Origin: Azolla caroliniana
Lineage: Eukaryota > Plantae > Polypodiophyta
Direction of reading: 5' to 3'
Length of the DNA stretch: 64,000 nucleotides
NCBI GenBank assembly: GCA_043228905.1
Contig: JBHGNT010000022.1
Location: forward strand, 7,316,001-7,380,000
The position numbers and the translations under genes are program-made. The notes beneath the pieces are model-generated. The model did no database searches. It had not been told where the DNA came from and worked only from the letters and a program-made list of their open reading frames with translations. Below, one piece after another: positions 12,879 through 23,684 of the stretch (position 1 is its first letter; each line of letters begins with the position of its first letter).

Positions 12879-13434
12879 GGGTAAAAGCATGCGAGTGGAA
12901 ACACTATTATAGCTAATTAGCTACTAAAATGGCCATAGCTAATTAGCTATTTGTTTAGCTAGTCTTTTTTGTCGGAAAATCAAATATTTGAAAAACTAAT
13001 TTATGAAAAAACTCAAATATTTGAACTTCTGTTTCAGACGTAGTGGAACTTGGGGAATAGCACCATCATCTAAGGTCGACTTCAATGTCATCAATTTCCT
13101 GTTTAGCCTAAGTCTGATTTTGAACGCAAATGGAGTACTCAGAGCACGAACGCAGACGTAGCTCCCGCAACAGCAGAAAATCGACATTGCAGATTGAGAG
13201 CTACAACACAAAACCCGCTCGATCATCGTCCAGGTATGTTTCAGTTACAGAAACCCCAAACATTTGTTTTTTCTTTTTGACTACTGTCTGAACTTTGGTG
13301 TTGATTCATATTTCCCCAAAATCGAATAGGGCGAATTCCTTGGAGTCCCATAAAGGATGTCTCGCAAATCGGGGAGTAGCAACAGGTGTGTTTATATTAC
13401 TTTTTTTGTGTTTAATCCTGTCTTTAGTGATGAT

Positions 13435-14020
13435 TGGGGTTTCTGATTGAAATTTCTGATTAGGGTTTTTGTTTATAAATTTCTGATTAGAGTTTCTGAT
13501 TAGGGTTTGTGATTGAAATTTCTGATTAGGGTTTCTGATTGAAATTTCTGATTAGGGTTTCTGATTGAAATTTCTGATTAGGGTTTTTGATTATAAGTTT
13601 CTGATTAGAATTTCTGAATAGGGTTTCTGGTTACAAATTTTGATTACAGATTAGAATTTCTTAATAGGGTTTTTGTTTATAAATTTCTATTTAGGATTTC
13701 TTATTAGGGTTTGTGATTGAAATTTCTTATTAGGGTTTGTGATTGAAATTTCTTATTAGGGTTTTTGATTATAAATTTCTTATTAGAATTTCTGAATAAG
13801 GTTTCTGGTTACAAACTTCTGATTACAGATTTTGATTAGGGTTTCTAATTTCAAACTTCTGATTACAGATTTTGATTAGGGTTTCTGATTTCAAATTTCT
13901 GAATACAAATTATGATTAGGGTTTCTGATTTGCTAAGTTAAAGATTTTGCACCATTTTTGTTGTTGTTGATTGGGGTTTCTGATTCTCACATATTCTGAT
14001 TTTGCACTATTTCTGATTTC
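13435..14020 (+). repeat. Degenerate tandem repeat rich in ATTAGGGTTTCTGATT (telo-box-like) filling an intron of the cargo gene
   Basis: Many imperfect copies of ttagggtttctgattgaaatttctga inside intron 13386-14036. Confidence 0.85.
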
Positions 14021-15367
14021 TGAAATGATATTTCAGATGGCTCGTTCCTCCGTATACGAGAGTGCTAAACTTTGCAAAATTTTGCGAGACAAAGGAGGAC
14101 TTCCACAACACCTATGGTCTGTCACTCGAGGGTGTTGACCTTGCTGTCCTAAGTGATAAATTGATCAGTGATGTAGACTGGATGACAGTATATATAGTGC
14201 CTAGAGTCAAAGGCAAGGTCAAGCTGAAGCATGTACGAGCCGACTTGTACGATGACTGCATGAGACTGCACCAGAAAGTTCATTAGGAGATCCCAGTCAA
14301 CAATGAGTTGTCAGTTTCATTTGCTAGAGCATTTGCATATGAGTACTGCAAAACAACGAAGGAATCCAGAGACCCTAAAATGTATAGGGTGGCTTGGGCA
14401 GTCTATGGTGAGGCATCGGTAAAAAGATGCCGAAAGATGGGGACCTTGGCACAAAAAATAGACAGATTTTGGAGCATGGCAGCTGTTGATGCAACTGCCG
14501 ACTCCCAGCAAGACCGAGGGCATACACCACACCAACACCCAAGGAAAGCCAATGTCGATGATACAGGTGAGACATTGGTTAGCTATATGCTAAAAAATGT
14601 CCATGAAGCCTGTGAGACATTGGCATTTTTTAAGACTGATTTAGAGAAAGCCACAATGGCTTCTGCAATGGAGAGCAAAGTTACTTCCACTGTTACAACA
14701 ATTAGAAAAAAGATTCAGGTAACTATTGTTTTGCTGGTATGTGATTGTGTTATAAATAACGGGTAAAATGTGCTAATCAAGCATTATCTGGAATAGGTTG
14801 CACAACAGGAGCTTGAATTAGAGGGGCCACTGGATCCCCAGCGTAAAATAGAACTACAAATAGAGATCCAGGTTCTTTCAATGAACCTGGACCTTCTAGG
14901 TGTAAATACTGTTGCAGATTACAATTTGGATAAGCTTCAAGTTAACGATTCCTGAGCAAAGTTGGTGTATCTTTCAACAACAAGAATAATTAATCGGTAA
15001 ATTTCTTTGTTGCGTTGAAGGAACAATACATTCCTCAAGAACAGGTAGTTAGCTGCCTTAAGAAGCAGCTACATTTTGTGGAGGGAATGGTAAGGACCAG
15101 ACAGGATTTGGACCTGAACATTTTTGCTCCCTTACCAAATGAAGTAGAACCAGAAAATGATTTATTGACAGTTCAAGCACATTGCATTGCTTGCGGGTTA
15201 GGTGTGGAGGACAAAACTGCGTCTTTGTTGGTTCACCTACAACCATGCAACCACACATACCATCTGCTTTGTTTTCAACATGCCTGTCAAATTGCTGCAT
15301 TCTGTTTGGGAGATTGTAGTACAGCTCTACCAAATGAGTGGAGAAAACTAACAAGTATACCATATTG

Positions 15368-16622
15368 TAGCTAATAAGCTTAGTCTTTTCTAATTAGCTA
15401 TCCTACTAGCTAATTAGCTACTGGCAGCTAATGAGCTACTAGCTAATTAGCTATCCTAGTAGCTAATTAGCTATGGTACTAGCTAATTAGCTAGTACCAT
15501 AGTTGTGTAAAAAAGCTAATTAGCTATCCTACTAGCTAATTAGCCACTGGCACCTAATTAGCTATCCTAGTAACTAATTAGCTACTGCCATAGTTGTGTA
15601 AAGTAGTTAATAAGCTATCCTACTAGCTAATTAGCTATCCTAGTAGCTAGTTAGCTATGGTACTAGCTAATTAGCTAGTACCATAGTTGTGTAAAAAAGC
15701 TAATTAGCTATCATACTAGCTAATTAGCTACTGGCAACTAATTAGCTATCCTACTAGCTAATTAGCTACTGGCAACTAATTAGCTATCCTACTAGCTAAT
15801 TAGCTATCCTAGTAGCTAATTAGCTACTACCATAGTTGTGTAAAGTAGCTAATAAGCTATCCTTGTAGCTAATTAGCTACTGGCAGCTAATTAGCTATCC
15901 TAGTAGCTAATAAGCTATCCTAGCTACTACATAGTTGAGAAAGTAGCTAATTAGCTTTCATTGTAGCTAATTAGCTATCCTACTAGCTAATTAGCTATCC
16001 TAGCTACTACCATAGTTAGTAAAGTAGCTAATTAGCTATCCTAGCTACTACCATAGTTAGTAAAGTAGCTAATTAGCTATCCTAGCTACTACCATAGTTG
16101 AGTAAAGTAGCTAATTAGCTATCCTAGCTACTACCATAGTTAGTAAAGTAGCTAATTAGCTATCCTAGCTACTACCATAGTTGAGTAAAGTAGCTAATTA
16201 GCTATCCTAGCTACTACCATAGTTGAGTAAAGTAGCTAATTAGCTATCCTAGCTACTACCATAGTTAGTAAAGTAGCTAATTAGCTATCCTAGCTACTAC
16301 CATAGTTGAATAAAGTAGCTAACTAGCTATCCTAGCTACTACCATAGTTGAGTAAAGTAGCTAATTAGCTACCATAGTAGTTAATTAGCTATCCTAGCTA
16401 CTACCATAGTTGAGTAAAGTAGCTAATTAGCTACCATAGTAGCTAATTAGCTATCCTAGCTACTACCATAGTTGAGTAAAGTAGCTAATTAGCTATCGTA
16501 CTAGCTAATTAGCTATCCTAATTAACTATCATACTAGCTAATTAGCTATCGTACTAGCTAATTAGCTATCCTAGCTTCTACCATAGTTTAGTAAAGTAGC
16601 TAATTAGCTATCCTAAATAGCT
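15368..16622. repeat. Minisatellite array built on the palindrome TAGCTAATTAGCTA (includes 41-42 bp higher-order units)
   Basis: Dozens of tagctaattagcta copies, e.g. the unit tagctaattagctatcctagctactaccatagttgagtaaag. Confidence 0.97.
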
Positions 16623-17343
16623 GCCATGTTATTGTAGAATCTTGTGGATTAAGGACGGCACATGATGTGTCTGGTGTTGATGACGCTGCAACAGATGAGG
16701 ATACTATTGCCAACGTGGCTGAAAGTAAGAATCCTGCTATCACATCTCCTTCAGATCAGCTCCACCCTATTCTTTTGGAACAGTGTACTGAATTAGGCAA
16801 CGATGTGAAATGCCATGAAATAGTGGAAACAACATGTAAAACTGAGGTTCACAACAACAGTGTTTATGAACACTTGATGCAACATTTCTTCGAGTCTCAA
16901 GACCTTGATTCCACCCCATCGAGCCCAACTACTGAAAATGTCCAAACAGATCCCTCTGTACTTGAAAAGCTAGGTCAAGAAACGGCTGATGTGCAATTAG
17001 CTGCTGAGGCGATGGGAAGGTTGTCGGAGGAGGACACACTTGCGCATTGGGTGAAAGAAGCAAGGCTAAATGGGGAACCAACCAGAAAAAGGCTGAAGAA
17101 GGGGCCACGATCGGGAACAAGACTAGTTACTCGGTCAAGGGGCCCAGACGTAGTGGAGCGAAATACTGTTTAGTTGGATATGATTGTTAGCTTAGGGATT
17201 TTGTTAGGGTTTTATGAAGTTTTACTATCCTATTGGACAAGTAAAACCTCAGATTGGTTGTTGCTTGATCCACATTATGTAATGGAACTCTATGATGTTT
17301 TTCCAAGATAATTTGAAGAGTGTTGTTCTATGATTGAAACTCT

Positions 17344-18399
17344 TTGATGTTCAGGATATTGTTTTGTGAGACTGTTAGTTACTTTGTGAGTGTGAATATG
17401 TTGGTGTTTTCTGATGTTGTAGAGTCTAAAGGGTTTGATTCTATTGCTCGTAAGGCCAATGGCAGTGTGGATACTGTTGATGTTGCGACATGTTTAAAGG
17501 GCCCCATCTTGAAAGTAGATGTAGCAACTGACACAAGTGATCTGGTCACACAAGTTGATCAAGCATGTAGCACGGATGACTTGGTGTTGCAGGTAGATGC
17601 AGCGTGTGATACCAGTGGACTGATATTGAGCAGATCAGTAGCTACATGCACCGAGGTAATCCAAGGATTGATAACTAAGTCAACAAAACAAGAGCACCAG
17701 AATGTGAAGCCAGGCCCAACACAGTCGACTAGGGGTTTGAAGAGGAAAAGGACGCCAATTGTGTCGGTCGAACCTGAGCTGATTGAGATTGATCGTATCC
17801 TACCAGAAAATGGTGTAACAGCGGCTCAGTTTCAGGTATGGAAACCTAAACCACTAGAAGTCGAAAGAAGAGCCTTGATCTTGGAGCTTGATAAAGTCTT
17901 GATGAGTGTGAGATATATGCAGCCAAGGAGGGACGCGAATTAGTTTCTAGAGTGGGCTGTGGAATACTTTGATTTGTTTATTTGGAGTGAAAAACCAAAA
18001 TCAGATGTGTGAAAGTGTTTGGCAAGATTCTTCCCAAAATGGCGAAGTCGTTTTAAAGGTCAATGGGCACGAGAAAATTGTGAGCAAATGGAAGCTGCAA
18101 GATTCAAGAGACTTTCTTATTTTTGGGCTACTTGGCCTGAATATAATGCCGACAATACATTGATTTTGGATACAGAACATTTCCGGCACTACTTCAATAT
18201 TCGGAGATGCTGTCTCACTCTACCCGAGGAAATGCCTGAACAGTACCTGGTGCAAACAGTGAGCTGCCAACTAGGTGCATGGTTGTGGACTCCATACCGA
18301 GCTCGATATGCGGATAATATATGTAGATTCGTTCCACTAACTAGCAAGAGCTTAGCTGTTTATAGGAGATTTGTAGACATTTCCAATGGTAATTTATAA
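17344..18399 (+). pseudogene. Cargo ORF with a C-terminal FCP1/NIF-like (HAD) phosphatase fold and a degenerate catalytic motif
   Basis: In-frame across TAG 17941-17943 and TGA 18010-18012: ALILELDKVL...PRRDAN*FLEWAVEYFDLFIWS...KRLSYFW...NTLILD. This matches the NIF pattern LxLDLDxTL/RP..FL/F.+.+WS/NT++lDD. Confidence 0.6.
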
Positions 18400-18746
18400 A
18401 TATGTAAAGAGATGACATTATTCAATGAAGAATTTAATTACTTGTTCCCACTGTACTTATATACTGTGTAATTTGAGGAATATGTTGCAGATTGTTGATT
18501 TCATGCTATTGATGACTATTTAGCTATTGACAGCTAATTAGCTGCATTTGTACAGCTAATTAGCTACTGATGACTATTTCGCTATAACTTATAACTTAAA
18601 ACTTAACAAAAAAGACATGATTTTATTGAGAAAGAAGCACAGAAAGCAGACTGTATACAAGAAATTGATTCCAAACGAATTTATTTAACTGTTTTCGCGA
18701 AATACATGTTTATTTTACAAGAGAACATGGTAAGTGCTACTTGTAG

Positions 18747-21700
18747 CTACAAATTCCATGGCATACTATTGTAAATACATTCATACACATTAGCACCAAC
18801 AGTGTATAAACCGGAGCAGCTATTGTATTCTGACATTGGGACGTTGATGCACCTGACCAAATGAGAGTACATATACGCCGTTGGTTTGTCTTCTAACAGC
18901 CTGTACACATATTCGTAGTCATCTAGTTTTGCATAAAAAATGCCTTCGATGTAGAATGTCCCGGCAGATACAAAATTTCCCCATGCATCTACAATATTCT
19001 GCCTTGCACACTGTTTACTAACCATGCACTTTAATATATAGAAATCAGCACCCTCTGAATTGCCTTCTTCAGCATTTACAGCGAAGTTATCCCCAACGTT
19101 CAGGACATCACTCAAAGTATCTCCAAGTCCCTCATATGTGAAGTCAACATTCTGCCCTGTTTCTCCATCAACTGCTTCCTTATCATTCAGAGTGTGATAC
19201 TCCCAATTCTGAATGTATGCTTTGTTTAGACAATATCTCCAATTTCCCTGCACACAATGGAAGCAAAAACAAGTCAATTCTCTAACCGCAATACAATGAC
19301 CATCCAACCTGGAATAACCGCGAACAGCATGCAGAGATCGCAATTCGGGAATTCCTTGGCACTCCCAGGTCTTCTCCCTATTTCCTTCATCTATCTTCAC
19401 TTCCCAAAATTCACGTTTGATATCTCGGACTTGCGAGGAATAAACACCTATGGCACTAGTTGACATATTTGTTCTTAAAAATTCAACTACATGTGATGCA
19501 CAATTCATGTGCACACCATCTGTCTTTAGTTGTTCATGGGTAAGTGCCCGCTTTATAACAGCCCTTGCACCATCATGTTCACCTTTACCATGGCCAGACC
19601 CAAAAAAATTCCATCTCATCTCCAAACCTGTTATAGCAGGATACCTCCCCACAAAATAAAATGGACGTCAAGCCTTGAATTGTGACGCAGCTCCGTCAGA
19701 CCAGACCCAATGTTGAGTAAGCTCCAAACGTTGAGCTAATAACCACTGCCAATGTAACTTAAAACAGTGTTGGACGAACAAGGTATCATGCTTCTTATCA
19801 TCGGAAATAAAGAAATGAATTACTTTTTTAACATCACCTGAAACTCGAAAATATGTTATGTGCACAAAAATGGTTACCTGAACTGAACACCAATGCATAG
19901 ATTGAATTTCATTCTGCTGCTTGAAAGTATAATTCTCTGCGAAATCTACTACTGAGACTACTATATCATTTGGGAAATCAGATATGCAAGTCTTAAACTA
20001 ATCGGCCTGCCATGAATAAATGAAGTTGTGTTTAATGAACTTTCCTAGAGATACTACAAACAAAGACACCAAATCCCTTGGTTTAAGCATCTTCCGAACT
20101 AGATCCTTTCTTTTACACACCTTTCCTTCGAAATTGGTGTTCACTGACTCAAATAACTTCACAGAGATCAATATTTCACTACTCAATTCATTTGGACACC
20201 ACCTAAATCTAGTAGAGCAACAATCTTGACATAAACCCATGACACATTTATGAATATAGAAGATAGCGTCAGTTTCTCTCGGACACAATATTGAATCTAA
20301 TAAATAACTCATGGAAGAGATAACGTGCTCAGATGATTTACACTCCTCTTGCGGGCTTGATCGACAGATTGGGCACCCACATGTGCAAACTGTATTAGTT
20401 AGGGATGCGCTATGGTGACGTAGTAGATTAACAGAGTCCTTCAGAAAACCCATCTGTACATGGTAAATGCAACAACATGTGTATAGATCCTTTAAGCGTC
20501 TCACAAAGTGTGGCTTAAGAGACTCGAATGTTTGTAGTTGAACTTTGATAGTTGGATGCATTCGTTTGAACCTAATAAATAAATCGACCTGCGTAATAAA
20601 GGGGAATTAGTTATTCTCGTAACTAGCTAACTATCCTAGTAGCTAATTAGCTATTCTAGTAGCTAATTAGTTGTCCTAGTAGCTAATTAGCTGTCCTAGT
20701 AGCTAATTAGCTATCATGGTAGCTAATTAGCTGTCGTAGTAGCTAATTAGCTATCATGGTAGCTAATTAGCTATTCTAGTAGCTAATTAGCTGTTGTAGT
20801 AGCTAATTAGCTATCATGGTGGCTAATTAGCTTTCCTAGTAACTAATTAGCTATCATGGTAGCTAATTAGCTGGTCTAGTAGCTAATTAGCTATCATGGT
20901 AGCTAATTAGCGGGTCTAGTAGCTAATTAGCTATCATGGTGGGTAATTAACTGTCCTAGTAACTAATTAGCTATCATGGTAGCTAATTAGCTGGTCTAGT
21001 AGCTAGTTAGCTATCATGGTAGCAAATTAGTTGGTCTAGTAGCTAATTAGCTATCACAGTTGTGAATTAGCTATCCTAGTAAGCTAATTAGCTATCATGG
21101 TAGCTAATTAGCTTTCCTAGTAGCTAATTAGCTGGTAATAACGAAATAGCAAACTAGCTACCATGATAGCTAACTAGCTACCATGATAGCTAACTAGCTA
21201 CCACGATAGCTAACTAGCTACCACGATAGCTAACTAGCTACCAATACAGCTAATTATCTGGTAGTACCTAAATTAGCTATTGAGAATAGCTAATTAGCTA
21301 TCATGGTAGTAGCTATTGAGAGTAGCCAATTACCTATGTAGAAGCTATCATAGTAGCTAATTAGCTATCATGGTAGCTAATTAGCTTTCCTAGTAGCTAA
21401 TTAGCTGGTAATAACGAAATAGCTAACTAGCTACCATGATAGCTAACTAGCTACCAGTACAGCTAATTATCTGGTAGTACCTAAATTAGCTATTGAGAAT
21501 AGCTAATTAGCTATCATGGTAGTAGCTATTGAGAGTAGCCAAATACCTATGTAGTAGATATCCTAGTAGCTAACTGAGATAAATGTAACTGATAAGCTAA
21601 TTAGCTTTTCTGCTAACTGAGCTAATTAACTTTCCGAGTAGAGTCAAAACAAATGTTGAGGTAAATGTAAATACCTGAGGTACATCAAGAAGATGAATGG

Positions 21701-22424
21701 GATGCTCCTCGTACTGATTTCTTCCAACACGTTTCCTGCATAAATCCTTTTTATTGGGTGAAACCCTACTCTCATTAGTCCAAAACATTGTGATTACATC
21801 CTTGATTTCAAATGTTATGGGTGTCATTGGCTTACATCTTGTTGTTAGCTTTAGTAGACTAGTTCCTTCACCCGAGGAAATTATACGGTTCATTGTATTG
21901 TACACTGTTTTTCTACTAACACCAATTACCTTAGATAGCTCACTGATGTTTATATCGTCAACATCACTATTAAGTAACATCATTAGACTAGACCTTTTTA
22001 AGACAAGATCATCTTCTGACCTGCTCATGGATACGAAACTATTACGAAGATTATTTACTAAAATAGATGATATGTTTGCATTAAGACCATCACAATCAAC
22101 TAAGTCCTTTATCGATGGATCATTACATATTCCATAAAGTACTACCTTCTTTTCTTCATTGCTGATGTGCTTGGTTTGAACATTGAAATAGTCTACAACC
22201 TTTCTCTCTATGATGGTAGTCGCATTACTTACATTCTCAGCTAAACTATCCTTACCTTTACTGAGTGTGGCTTTCGTATCCTTCAACAATTGACGATGTT
22301 TCCTTTTTTTTTCTGCCCAATAGTTTCGTATGGCTTGTTGTGTCCTGATAACATCATCCCTATCCTTATGATCATTGAGGGGTAATTCTAAACACCCTTC
22401 TTCCCCTTCCATTTGGCTGGACAT
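18747..22424 (-). pseudogene. Sola2-like transposase (~863 aa), two exons (22424-21675, 20588-18747), two C>T nonsense mutations
   Basis: Motifs CCCIYH, VDFAENY...EIQSMHW, WSDGAASQFK, FFGSGHGKGEHDG, CFCFHC. Phase-0 intron CAG/GTATTT...TTACGCAG/GTC. Stops at 19998-20000 (TAG) and 19668-19670 (TGA) lie in the same frame. Confidence 0.8.
20605..21630. repeat. Second TAGCTAATTAGCTA palindrome array (mainly 20-bp units) filling the transposase intron
   Basis: Units such as agctaattagctatcatggt and agctaattagctgtcctagt, inside intron 20589-21674. Confidence 0.97.
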
Positions 22425-22756
22425 GTTAAAACCCTAAATTTCCAGAAAAAAAAACAAGTATTAAAGATGGCTAGGGGCAACAACAATACACAAAAATATT
22501 CCACAATACACAAGATTAGACACAACAATACACAAGATAATCAATAGACAAAAAAGTTATTGCAATCCAAGACCGAACAGTAGAGGATTTCACTCTGTTG
22601 GATCGAACAGTTGAGGAGGCGATCCAAGACCGACCAATGGCAACAACTGAGTGTAGAATGTTGCCGTTGGATGAGTGAACTCCGTCAAATCGAAATGTTG
22701 AAGCAATCCGGGACTGGATAGTAGCGTCAACTGAGTATAGAATGATGGCAATGGAG

Positions 22757-23330
22757 GAGAGAACCCCGTCAGATTGAATAGTTACCGATGATGCTTGGAA
22801 CGCACATAGAAGGCACTTGAGAGTAGAGTGGCACAGAGAAGAGAACCCCGTCAGATTGAACAGTTACCAATGATGCTTGAAACGCACAGTAGCGGCCCCT
22901 GAGTGAGAGTGGAAAAGAGAAGAGAACCCCGTCAGATTGAATAGCTCTTTGATGATGCTTGGAACGCACAGTAGCGGCCCCTTAGTGTAGAGGGGCAAAG
23001 AGAAGAGAACCCCGTCAGATTGAACAGCTCTTTGATGATGCTTGGAACGCACAGCAGCGGCCCCTGAGTGTAGAGTGGCACAGAGAAGAGAACCCCGTCA
23101 GATTGAACAGCTCTTTGATGATGCTTGGAACGCACAGTAGTGGCCCTTGAGTGTAGAGTGGCACAGAGAAGAGAACCCTGTCAGATTGAACAGCTCTTTG
23201 ATGATGCTTGGAATGCACAGTAGTGGCCCCTAAGTGTAGAGTGTCACAGAGAAGAGAACCCCGTCAGATTGAGCAGCTCTTTGATGATGCTTGGAACGCA
23301 CAGTAGCGGCCCCTCAGTGTAGAGTGGCGG
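22757..23330. repeat. Tandem array of ~7 copies of an 81-83 bp unit upstream of the transposase
   Basis: GAACCCCGTCAGATTGAA (one copy has a mismatch) recurs at ~22761, 22842, 22924, 23007, 23090, 23173 and 23256. Confidence 0.95.
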
Positions 23331-23684
23331 TAGGTGGACTCGATAGGGTTTAGCAACAGTGGTAGCAACTAACCCACAGTACTCAACTAGAGATGGCCTA
23401 CGTGATGTGGCAAAGGATCATGCATAATGGACCTAGGAATTCGATATATAATTCATGGTACACATTTATGGTGCACACATCAATTTATGTTGCACATTTA
23501 TGGCACTCATTTACATATGTAATTAAAACACTCTAGTATTTTCAATGGTAGTTTTTTGCATACTGAATTGCTTAATGATGGCTTTTTACTAAAATGACTA
23601 TTTATCAATGGTAGCTTTTTGCATAGCTAATTAGCTATGTCAAGGACATAGCTAATTGTTTCCACTCACATGCTTTCACCCAAT

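Larger units (their letters stand above)
13357..17173 (+). pseudogene. Spliced cargo gene (~574 aa): N-terminal plant-TE-like helical domain, coiled coil, RING-H2-like finger, acidic/basic tail; one CAG>TAG stop
   Basis: Exons 13357-13385, 14037-14718, 14797-14940, 15021-15354 and 16638-17173 joined by GT-AG introns keep one frame. RING-like motif CIAC-x17-CNH-x2-HLLC; TAG at 14284-14286. The last two donor sites are weak. Confidence 0.65.
12879..23681 (-). mobile_element. 10.8-kb cut-and-paste DNA transposon with a Sola2-like DDD transposase, 25-bp TIRs, 3-bp TSD AAT and cargo genes
   Basis: TIR GGGTAAAAGCATGCGAGTGGAAACA (12879-12903) versus GGGTGAAAGCATGTGAGTGGAAACA (reverse complement of 23657-23681). 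AAT at 12876-12878 and 23682-23684; excision restores host protease T-C-N-T-L-G-I. Confidence 0.9.

Noticed and set aside
13435-14020. Interstitial telomere or chromosome fusion scar
   Set aside because: Not contiguous TTTAGGG; the motif is embedded in a longer unit inside a predicted intron of a transposon.
15015-18399. Ordinary host RING or phosphatase genes
   Set aside because: They lie between matched TIRs with a TSD, inside a retrotransposon protease gene, and carry nonsense mutations; treated as cargo.
22757-23330. CRISPR-like array
   Set aside because: Units repeat along their whole length with no unique spacers, there are no cas genes, and the context is a eukaryotic TE.
12879-23681. 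Classification as PIF/Harbinger, CACTA or Zator from the 3-bp TSD
   Set aside because: No CACTA terminus, the TSD is not TWA, and the transposase motifs (DFAENY, SDG, HGKG..DG) do not match those families as I know them.
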